DNA of 32,000 nt. Source: an archaeon (lineage in GTDB: Archaea; Iainarchaeota; Iainarchaeia; Iainarchaeales; 1-14-0-10-31-34). The notes beneath the pieces are model-generated. The model was not told where the DNA came from. It was given only the letters and a program-made list of their open reading frames with translations, and did no database searches. Positions within the stretch are counted from its first letter, which is position 1. Every line of letters starts with the position of its first letter. Where the stretch lies: positions 450,001 to 482,000 of the forward strand of contig JAJRVL010000004.1 of the NCBI GenBank assembly GCA_024277355.1. The letters run 5' to 3'. Positions 25,471-32,000 of the stretch are shown piece after piece. The position numbers and the translations under genes are program-made.

Positions 25471-26712
25471 TTAAGTGAATAAAAGTTTCAAGAAAAACCA
25501 AGGAGACATAACTTTTTGTTTTGCTGCTTTATTAACCAGCATTCCTGAAATGACTTCCTGAACTTCCTTTTTTTTGGCTGCTTTGCCTATAACAAAATTC
25601 AATAAAAATTTTATTCTGCCAATTTTTTGAAGCATATAACTTGTCTTTAATTCTGCTTCCAGTTCATTCCATAAATTTGTTTCATATTCTGTTAAGAATT
25701 CTTCTGAAAAATTGTTTTCTTTTAAAGCTTTAATAATTGTCTGACTTGCAAATTTTCCGCTGGTCATTGCATTTCCTATTCCTTCTCCGCTAAAAGGATC
25801 AATTAAAGAAGCTGCATCTCCAATTAAAACAAAACCATTTCCAGTAAGTTTTTTATGTCTGCTTCCTAAAGGCAGAGTCCATCCTTTAACTTCAGAAGAA
25901 AGTTTTGCGTCTTTAAATCTATCTTTAAATAAAGGCTCGTTTTCTATTGCATCAAACATTGCTTTTTTTAAATCCATTTTTTTGTCTTTTATGTCTTTAG
26001 TTACAATTCCTACTCCAACATTAGCTCTTCCATTTTCTAAAGGAAAAATCCAAAAGTAACCAGGAAGCATTGAATTAATGAAATGAATTTCAATTGTTCC
26101 TCTTAAGTCTTTAATTCCATCATAATAGCATCTTAAAGCAGTAATATGGTGATTAAAATCAATTTTATTTAATCCAAGTTTTGTTGCTACAACTGACTGA
26201 GAACCATCTGCTCCAACAACTATTTTTGACTTAAATTCTATTTGTTTTTTGTCTTTGCTTATTCCTTTTATTCCTATAACTTTATTGTTTTCAGTTAAAA
26301 CATCAGTTACAGTAAAACCTTCTATTGTTTTTGCAGTTAATTTTTTTGTTTTTTGAAATAAAAAGTTATCATAAACTTCTCTTCTTATTGCATAACCATT
26401 TCCTTTGTCATTTTTGTTGATTCCCTGTTTTGAATCTTTTGGAAAAGAAATGTCAACTATTGTTCCATTAGGAGAAGAAAAAGTTATTCCGGAAACTTCT
26501 CCACGGGGCAATAATTCTAAATCTTTAATCCAGCCTAATTCACCTAAAATACTAAGTGATTTTCCGCTTATTGCATCTCCACAAGTTTTATCTCTTGGAA
26601 AAACTGCTTTATCTAACAACAATACTTTAACATTATTTTTTGCTAAAAAAGAAGAACAACTGCTTCCTGCAGGGCCTCCTCCAACAACAATTACATCAAA
26701 TTCTTCCACCAT
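25471..26712 (-). CDS. Geranylgeranyl reductase family flavoprotein (archaeal lipid saturation)
   Basis: VIVVGGGPAGSSCS, FPRDKTCGDAIS and GDAASLIDPFSGEGI. Confidence 0.85.
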   Translation of the reverse strand: MVEEFDVIVVGGGPAGSSCSSFLAKNNVKVLLLDKAVFPRDKTCGDAISGKSLSILGELGWIKDLELLPRGEVSGITFSSPNGTIVDISFPKDSKQGINKNDKGNGYAIRREVYDNFLFQKTKKLTAKTIEGFTVTDVLTENNKVIGIKGISKDKKQIEFKSKIVVGADGSQSVVATKLGLNKIDFNHHITALRCYYDGIKDLRGTIEIHFINSMLPGYFWIFPLENGRANVGVGIVTKDIKDKKMDLKKAMFDAIENEPLFKDRFKDAKLSSEVKGWTLPLGSRHKKLTGNGFVLIGDAASLIDPFSGEGIGNAMTSGKFASQTIIKALKENNFSEEFLTEYETNLWNELEAELKTSYMLQKIGRIKFLLNFVIGKAAKKKEVQEVISGMLVNKAAKQKVMSPWFFLKLLFT

Positions 26713-26742
26713 AAAAAAAACACTCCTTTAATGCACATTTAT

Positions 26743-27651
26743 TTATTTTTTCCTTAAAAAATCATTTGCATTTAATGCTGCCTTGCATCCTTCAGCAGCA
26801 GAAATTACTAGTTGATGTAAAGGAATATTACTTACATCGCCTGCAGCAAATAATCCTTTAATGCTTGATTCATTTTTTTCGTTTATTATTATTTCTCCTC
26901 TTTTAGTTTTTTCAACTAAATCAATAAACTCTGAATTAGGGATTTCCCCTATATTAACAAAAACTGATTCGACTTTTAATTCTTTTTCTTTACCTGAATT
27001 TTTGTCTTTGAATTTAATTCCTTCAACTTTTTCGTTTCCTAAAACTTCAAGTAATTCAGCATTAGTTATTACTTCAATATTTGATTTTTCTTTTACTTGT
27101 TTTAAAGTTATTTCTTCGCCTCTTAATGAATCTCCATATTCCAAAATAAAAACTTTTTCCATTAAATTACTTAAAAATAATGCTTCTTCAGTTCCTGAAT
27201 AACCTCCACCAATTACAACAGAATTTTTTCCTTTGTATAAAGGCCCATCACAAACAGCACAATAATGAACTCCTTTATTAGTTAATTTTTCAGCATTTTT
27301 TACTTCAAGTTTTCTTGGTCTTTTACCTGTAGCAACAATAACTGTTTTCGCTTCAAATTCATTTTCAGAAGTTTTAACAGCAAAAGTTTCTTGTTTTTTT
27401 TCAATTGAAGTTACTTTAATTCCTTCTAATACTTCAATTTCTTTATAAGACTTTAAATGCTCTCTTAATTTTAAAGCTAATTCAAATCCCTGAACTGAAG
27501 GAAAACCAGGATAATTTTCTATTTTTTCTGTTAATAATAATTGCCCGCCAAAATTATCTGTTATAAGCATTGTATTCAAACCGCTTCTAACTGAATAAAT
27601 TCCAGCTGAAACTCCTGCTCCAGAGCCTCCTATAATAATTACATCTTTCAT
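26743..27651 (-). CDS. trxB: Thioredoxin-disulfide reductase
   Basis: IIIGGSGAGVSAG (FAD), redox-active CAVCDG, GGGYSGTEEA (NADPH) and AAGDV. Confidence 0.85.
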   Translation of the reverse strand: MKDVIIIGGSGAGVSAGIYSVRSGLNTMLITDNFGGQLLLTEKIENYPGFPSVQGFELALKLREHLKSYKEIEVLEGIKVTSIEKKQETFAVKTSENEFEAKTVIVATGKRPRKLEVKNAEKLTNKGVHYCAVCDGPLYKGKNSVVIGGGYSGTEEALFLSNLMEKVFILEYGDSLRGEEITLKQVKEKSNIEVITNAELLEVLGNEKVEGIKFKDKNSGKEKELKVESVFVNIGEIPNSEFIDLVEKTKRGEIIINEKNESSIKGLFAAGDVSNIPLHQLVISAAEGCKAALNANDFLRKK

Positions 27652-27730
27652 TTAATTCACTTTAAAGTAGATTAACCTAATTTAATTTGAAACATTATAT
27701 TTAAAAAAGATATTTTAAGAATTTGATTGC

Positions 27731-28456
27731 ATGAAAGCAGTAATTTTAGCAGCAGGCAAAGGATTAAGGATGAAACCTTTAACTAAAGACAAACCAAAAC
27801 CATTGATTAAAATAAAAAATAAAAGTTTTCTGGAAAGACAATTAGAAGAATTAAATAAAACAAAAATAACTGAAGTAGTAATTGTTGTTGGTTTTTTAGG
27901 AAAACAAATAATAAAAGAATTTAACGGAAAACAATCTGAAGAAAAAAAAGGAATTTTCATTGGAGAATTTAATGGAATTAAATTATTTTTTGTTTTTCAG
28001 AAAGAACAAAAAGGAACAGCAGACGGAGTAAACTGTGTTAAAGAATTAATTTCAAAAGATTTTATTCAGATTAATGGAGATTTAATTTTTGAAGCAGAAT
28101 TAATTTCAGAGTTAATTAACAAAAAAGAAAATGTTTTAGTTTTAAGGGAAACTGCTAATACAGGAAATTTTGGGTTGGTTGAAGTTAATAAAGACAAAGT
28201 AATTAAAATAACTGAAAAACCAAAAGAGTTTTCAGGAAAAGGATTAATTAATGCAGGAATTTATCGTTTTACCCCAGAAATATTTAATGCAATTGAAAAC
28301 ATTGAATTAAGTGAAAGAAATGAATTAGAATTAACTGATGCAATAAATTTGTTAGCAGAAAAAAGCAAAGTTTCTTTTATTGAAGTTAAAGGACAATTTT
28401 TTGATATTGGAACAATTGAAGAATTAAAGAAAGTTGAAAAAGAAATAGGAAAATAA
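27731..28456 (+). CDS. Sugar-phosphate nucleotidyltransferase (NTP_transferase family)
   Basis: AVILAAGKGLRMKPLTKDKPKPL N-terminal signature and GTADG motif; 241 aa. Confidence 0.85.
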   Translation: MKAVILAAGKGLRMKPLTKDKPKPLIKIKNKSFLERQLEELNKTKITEVVIVVGFLGKQIIKEFNGKQSEEKKGIFIGEFNGIKLFFVFQKEQKGTADGVNCVKELISKDFIQINGDLIFEAELISELINKKENVLVLRETANTGNFGLVEVNKDKVIKITEKPKEFSGKGLINAGIYRFTPEIFNAIENIELSERNELELTDAINLLAEKSKVSFIEVKGQFFDIGTIEELKKVEKEIGK

Positions 28457-28473
28457 ATAAGAAAAAGAGAGAA

Positions 28474-28740
28474 TTAAACTCCTGTTTCAGGGTAACTAAA
28501 AGGACCAGGATATTTAATTGGGGCTACACCGTCTCCAGAACCTAAAGTTGTTGGATACAAATGAGGACCAATAATATCATCTCCAGTTGTACCGCCGTCA
28601 CCTAACAAAACAGGCTGAGGATACAAATTAGGATCTCCAAGATCATCTAATTCAGGAATTAAACCCCAATCAGATATATGAGCAGAAGCAAATCCTGCTA
28701 AAGCAATCAAACAAATTCCTATTAATAATAATTTCTTCAT
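28474..28740 (-). CDS. Small secreted Gly/Pro/Asp-rich peptide, paralog A (unknown family)
   Basis: 88 aa: signal peptide MKKLLLIGICLIALAGFASA|HIS, then an acidic G/P-rich mature part ending TGV. GGAGG lies 8 nt upstream of the ATG. It has a close paralog at 30975..31214. Confidence 0.7.
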   Translation of the reverse strand: MKKLLLIGICLIALAGFASAHISDWGLIPELDDLGDPNLYPQPVLLGDGGTTGDDIIGPHLYPTTLGSGDGVAPIKYPGPFSYPETGV

Positions 28741-28786
28741 TTCTTACGCCTCCAAAATAAACAATTAACTATTATAAGATTATTAG
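28474..28786 (-). repeat. Duplicated gene-plus-leader unit, copy A
   Basis: Shares with 30975..31262 a run of more than 30 identical nt across the start codon, the identical 17-nt leader acgcctccaaaataaac, and an attattag box 46 vs 48 nt upstream of the ATG. It also shares 33/35 (28511-28545 vs 31048-31082) and 29/30 (28601-28630 vs 31078-31107) internal identities. Confidence 0.75.
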
Positions 28787-28808
28787 AATATTTAAATGTT
28801 TTGAAGTT

Positions 28809-29495
28809 TTAAAACTTGAAGGTTTCACCGGGTTGCATTAAAATTGCTTTTGTATCTAAAACGCTTTTTTCTATTTTTCTTTTGAATTCATTTGCATCTG
28901 CTTTAATCATTCCAAAAGTATTGTAATGCATTGGAACAACAAATTTTGGTTTAATTAATTTTGTTGCTTTAACTGAATCAACACAATCCATTGTATAAGT
29001 TCCGCCGATTGGAAGCAAAGCCATATCAGCATTAATTTTAGCAAAATCATCAATTAACGCAGTGTCTCCTGAAAAATACAGGCTTTTTCCTTTAGCTGAA
29101 ACAAGAAAACCAATAGGATAAAATGATTCAGGATGATGAGCTGTTACTGCTTCAATATTTAAATTTCTTACATTTAATTTCTGATTCATGCTTAAAGGAC
29201 ACAAAAACCGTCTTTCTAATTCAAGTTCGTTTAGAATGCTATCATGAGCTACAACTAAAGAATTATTCTTTTTTACAATTGATTCAATTGCTTTTTTGTC
29301 AAAATGATCAAAATGTTCATGAGAAACTAAAACTAAATCAATGTCATTTAAATCTGTTTTTCTTGCTTTACAAGGAATAACTCTGTTAAATGCAGGGTCA
29401 GAACAAGTGTTATTAATAAAAGGATCAAATAAAATTTTTGTTCCATTAAATTCTACTTTAAAAAAAGAGTGACCAAAAAAAGTTACCTTAACCAT
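28809..29495 (-). CDS. MBL-fold metal-dependent hydrolase (UPF0173-like)
   Basis: VKVTFFGHSFFKV N-terminus, HxHxDH (VSHEHFDHFD), later His/Asp ligands; ~228 aa. The track start at 29507 is a TTG; the ATG is at 29493-29495. Confidence 0.8.
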   Translation of the reverse strand: MVKVTFFGHSFFKVEFNGTKILFDPFINNTCSDPAFNRVIPCKARKTDLNDIDLVLVSHEHFDHFDKKAIESIVKKNNSLVVAHDSILNELELERRFLCPLSMNQKLNVRNLNIEAVTAHHPESFYPIGFLVSAKGKSLYFSGDTALIDDFAKINADMALLPIGGTYTMDCVDSVKATKLIKPKFVVPMHYNTFGMIKADANEFKRKIEKSVLDTKAILMQPGETFKF

Positions 29496-29617
29496 AAACA
29501 ACAACAAGAGTAGGTAATGCGCAAATATAAAGCACTACTATAAACAAACAAAAAAAACAGGAAAAAACAGAAAATACTGTTTTAATATTTTTTTGGGTCA
29601 TAAACATATAGATTAAT

Positions 29618-30919
29618 ATGAAAAAATTGGTTTTTGTTTTTGTTTTATTATTAATGCTTAATGTATTTGGAGTAGAAATACAAAAAGAAAACATAAACAT
29701 TATTGTAAATAAAACAGGAAATGCTTTAATTGAAGAAAGTTATTTCATTTCTTTTTCTGATGAAAACGAATTAAATTTATTCAAAGAAAAAATAAGCGAT
29801 GGCATTTCAGCTGAAATATTAAATGAATTTAAACTTGAAATTAAATCAAGAATAGAAGAAAACAAAGGAACTGTTTCTTTTGAAGAACAAGATGAAAATA
29901 AAAAAATAAAATTAAATTATTCTTCAGATAAAATTTTTTTAATGAATAAAAGAGTTTTATTTGATGAATTCACTTTAAACAAAGACAGATTTTCTTTTCT
30001 TTTATCTGAAAACAAAACAGTTTTTCCTGAAAATTTTTCTTTAAGGTTTGTTCTGCCGAATGAATCAAAATCAATTTTAACCGTTCCTGAAACAAAAGTT
30101 TTTTCTAAAACAACTGAATTTAAAGGAATAAATTCAAATGAATTTTCTTTAAGTTATTTAATTGAAAAAAAACCAGAAAAAATTGCAATAAAGAAAACTC
30201 AAATTGAAATTAACGTAAAAGAAAATGGTTTTGGGTTTATTTCAGAAAAATATTTCTTTGAATTCAGGAACCAGGAAGAATCAGAGTACTTTATTGAAAA
30301 AGCACAAAACAATGGTTCAAGTTTATTAAGCTGGATTGCATTTGACAACAGAATTTTCCCCCATATAAAAGAAAATGAATTTGACTTAAAAAATGCTTCA
30401 GTTGAATTTGTAGAAAACGGATTAGAAAACAGTTTTTTGCAGATTATATATGAAAATGAAACACCAGTATTCATAGAAAAAAAAGAAAGACAAGGAAGAT
30501 TTGTTGAATGGGAATTTAACTTAAAAAAATTAAATGAATTTACTTCATCAGGATTAATAATTTTTCCTGAAAACTTTTTCTTAGAAATAATTCTTCCATT
30601 AAATGCAGAAATAAAAGAAACAGATTTAGAGGAAAGAAACGGAAAAGTTTTAATGCAAGGATATAAAAGTACAAGTAAAATAAACATTGTTTATGTAATA
30701 AAAGAAAATATTGCTCCTGCATTTAATTTGTCTTTAGTTATTCAAAGAATTGTTTCAGAAAAAGAAGCAAGCCCAATTATTGCAGGAATAATACTTTTAA
30801 TTTTAGTTATAGTTTATTTAAAAAAAGACAGTTTAACTGAAAAAACAGAAAACTTTATTATTAAAAATTCTTCAATTAAAAAAAGAGAACAAACAGAAGA
30901 AATAGAAATAGATGAATAA
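29618..30919 (+). CDS. Surface-anchored protein: signal peptide, two tandem ~175-aa homologous modules, C-terminal TM anchor
   Basis: N-terminal MKKLVFVFVLLLMLNVFG and C-terminal SPIIAGIILLILVIVYL followed by a charged tail. The internal duplication shows in INIIVNKTGNALIEESYFISF vs IEINVKENGFGFISEKYFFEF, FPENFSLRFVLPNESK vs FPENFFLEIILPLNAE, and FSLSYLIEKK vs INIVYVIKEN. Confidence 0.7.
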   Translation: MKKLVFVFVLLLMLNVFGVEIQKENINIIVNKTGNALIEESYFISFSDENELNLFKEKISDGISAEILNEFKLEIKSRIEENKGTVSFEEQDENKKIKLNYSSDKIFLMNKRVLFDEFTLNKDRFSFLLSENKTVFPENFSLRFVLPNESKSILTVPETKVFSKTTEFKGINSNEFSLSYLIEKKPEKIAIKKTQIEINVKENGFGFISEKYFFEFRNQEESEYFIEKAQNNGSSLLSWIAFDNRIFPHIKENEFDLKNASVEFVENGLENSFLQIIYENETPVFIEKKERQGRFVEWEFNLKKLNEFTSSGLIIFPENFFLEIILPLNAEIKETDLEERNGKVLMQGYKSTSKINIVYVIKENIAPAFNLSLVIQRIVSEKEASPIIAGIILLILVIVYLKKDSLTEKTENFIIKNSSIKKREQTEEIEIDE

Positions 30920-30974
30920 AAAAAACTTTTAGAAAAAAACTTGAACAAAAAAATAGAAAAAGGAGAATAAATTT

Positions 30975-31214
30975 TTAGACTCCTGTTGCTAATTCGTCTC
31001 CGTCTGTTGGATCATCAACTGCTCTGCAACCAGTGTCTCCACCAAGATATTTAATTGGTGCTACGCCGTCTCCAGAACCTAACAAAACAGGTTGAGGATA
31101 CAAATTATCACCCATTCCATCTAATTCAGGAACAAAACCTGTGCTATCAATAAGAGCAGAAGCAAAACTGCTTAAAACAATTAAACAAATTCCTATTAAT
31201 AATAATTTCTTCAT
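30975..31214 (-). CDS. Small secreted Gly/Pro/Asp-rich peptide, paralog B (unknown family)
   Basis: 79 aa: signal peptide MKKLLLIGICLIVLSSFASA|LID, the same core PELD..GD.NLYPQPVLLGSGDGVAPIKY, and the same TGV end. GGAGG lies 8 nt upstream of the ATG. Confidence 0.7.
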   Translation of the reverse strand: MKKLLLIGICLIVLSSFASALIDSTGFVPELDGMGDNLYPQPVLLGSGDGVAPIKYLGGDTGCRAVDDPTDGDELATGV

Positions 31215-31262
31215 TTTTCACGCCTCCAAAATAAACTAAATCGATTATATTGTAATTATTAG
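30975..31262 (-). repeat. Duplicated gene-plus-leader unit, copy B
   Basis: See copy A. Same orientation, about 2.2 kb apart (28787..30974 between the two units). Confidence 0.75.
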
Positions 31263-31279
31263 GAAATAAAAAGGTTTGC

Positions 31280-32000
31280 TTAAGAAAAATAATTCTTTAA
31301 AGAAGACTGGGTTTCTTGTTTTACTTCTTCAGTTTTTTCTTCTGATTGTTTTTCTTTGGTTTTTTCAAAGAAACTTCCATTTATTCCTTCTAAAGGTTTT
31401 CTTGCTGCGCCAAAAAAATTAATTGTTTTTGCTTCATCAAAAATTACTTTAACTTTTTTTGTTTCAGGTTTAGTGTTTAATAAAAAAGCAATTTCTTTTT
31501 CAGTTAACTCAAATTTAGCTGAAAACCTTACTGCAAAATCTTTATTAGAAAAACATTGTTTAATAAAAGGCAAATCTGATGCAATAATTTCTTTTGTAGA
31601 GGAATGAATTTCATTTGACATTTTTGATGCAATAGATTTTTTTGTTTCCCTTAAAGAAGAATTTCTGTTTAACCTTGAAATAAAAACAGGGAACTGGTAC
31701 ATAATAAAATTCCTGTTAGGTTTTTCTTTTGACATGCTTACTCCAGTTGACATTAATTCAGAACTATATCTTAGAAAGCCGTAATGCTGTCTTCTTCTAA
31801 TTCTTCCATTAAATACATCTGCTTTGCTTAATTTTTCAAAAGCATTAGCTATTTCATTTATATCAGAAAATTGTCTTGGAATGTTTTCTTCAATCCATTT
31901 CATTAATAAATCTGAATCAATATCGGCAGAAAACCTTGCGTTTCTTGCTTCACTAAAAGTTTCTGCAGTAAAAATTTTTCTTAAAACCTTAAAGACATCT
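31280..32000 (-). CDS. rfcL: Replication factor C large subunit, C-terminal part (N-terminus beyond the right edge)
   Basis: The frame stays open upstream of the track's Met to position 32000 (..DVFKVLRKIFTAETFSEARNARFSADIDSDLLMKWIEENIP..). It has LSKADVFNGRIRRRQHYGFLRY and a canonical C-terminal PIP box QSSLKNYF. Confidence 0.8.
   Translation of the reverse strand, partial: DVFKVLRKIFTAETFSEARNARFSADIDSDLLMKWIEENIPRQFSDINEIANAFEKLSKADVFNGRIRRRQHYGFLRYSSELMSTGVSMSKEKPNRNFIMYQFPVFISRLNRNSSLRETKKSIASKMSNEIHSSTKEIIASDLPFIKQCFSNKDFAVRFSAKFELTEKEIAFLLNTKPETKKVKVIFDEAKTINFFGAARKPLEGINGSFFEKTKEKQSEEKTEEVKQETQSSLKNYFS

Noticed and set aside
28570-28600. GDGGTTGDDIIG in peptide A considered as an RTX-type Ca2+-binding nonapeptide (GGxGxDxUx).
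   Set aside because: The register does not fit, because the G and D positions are shifted. There is only one such unit and it is absent from peptide B. Acidic G-rich composition alone is not evidence for an RTX fold.
28711-28725. A lipobox reading of the peptide signal sequences (LIGIC) that would make them lipoproteins.
   Set aside because: The residue before Cys is Ile rather than the usual G/A/S, and the Cys sits in the middle of the hydrophobic core. A clean AxA (ASA) signal peptidase I site follows, so SPase I cleavage is the simpler reading.
29564-29583. A small inverted repeat AAAACAG-AAAATA-CTGTTTT and a tandem AAAAAACAG in the MBL/surface-protein divergent spacer, considered as an operator.
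   Set aside because: The 7-bp A/T-dominated arms are expected by chance in DNA of this composition, and no second copy occurs near the paralogous peptide genes.
96-31607. Many track ORFs lie antisense to stronger genes: 96..329, 1489..1686, 2885..3172, 4008..4238, 4870..5061, 5598..5855, 6410..6703, 7692..7994, 10093..10305, 12709..13188, 16720..16992, 17857..18048, 18510..18719, 18897..19193, 19736..19918, 21079..21396, 23622..23807, 24215..24397, 24639..24842, 26405..26731, 26861..27202, 27715..27960, 29123..29380, 29488..29700, 30199..30687, 30540..30722, 31356..31607.
   Set aside because: Each lies wholly inside, or largely overlaps, a gene with clear family motifs on the other strand. 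Their products are F/L/S/C-rich low-complexity strings, as expected from reading the complement of A-rich K/E/N codons. Several start with TTG.

Overview
Strongly AT-rich, very gene-dense segment of about 42 protein genes with short or overlapping gaps and purine-rich coding strands giving K/E/N/I-rich proteins. It is clearly archaeal. The gene content and style fit a small-genome DPANN-type archaeon, but that placement is inference only. The content is mostly housekeeping. Replication and repair genes: primase PriL and PriS, GINS, two divergent PCNA paralogs, the RFC large subunit (partial) and endonuclease Q. Information processing: aIF2-alpha, ribosomal protein S27e, RNA polymerase subunit L, exosome Csl4 and RNase Z. 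Membrane and proteostasis genes: LonB, an SPFH/stomatin protein, DUF373, a SpoIIM-like protein, signal peptidase I, a CDF transporter, a Ca2+/Na+ antiporter and a PAC2 chaperone. Enzymes: NadB, geranylgeranyl reductase, thioredoxin reductase, a sugar nucleotidyltransferase, a HAD phosphatase, an isochorismatase-like hydrolase, a flavin-reductase-like protein, an MBL-fold hydrolase and an AmmeMemoRadiSam radical SAM enzyme. I found no tRNA, rRNA, CRISPR array or transposase. The accessory or unexplained content is as follows. (1) The best candidate for something undescribed is a pair of paralogous small secreted Gly/Pro/Asp-rich peptide genes. They are duplicated together with leader and Shine-Dalgarno and bracket an MBL hydrolase and an internally duplicated surface-anchored protein (28.4-31.3 kb). 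(2) A 43-codon hyper-acidic ORF with a strong SD lies between the two primase subunit genes. (3) Unknown basic proteins flank the divergent PCNA copy, and one ends in a PIP-box-like tail. (4) A RelE-type toxin-antitoxin pair has an operator-like palindrome. (5) A flavin-reductase-like gene has its conserved N-terminus cut off by an in-frame TAA at codon 3. All family calls rest on motifs I recognise by eye; no searches were run.
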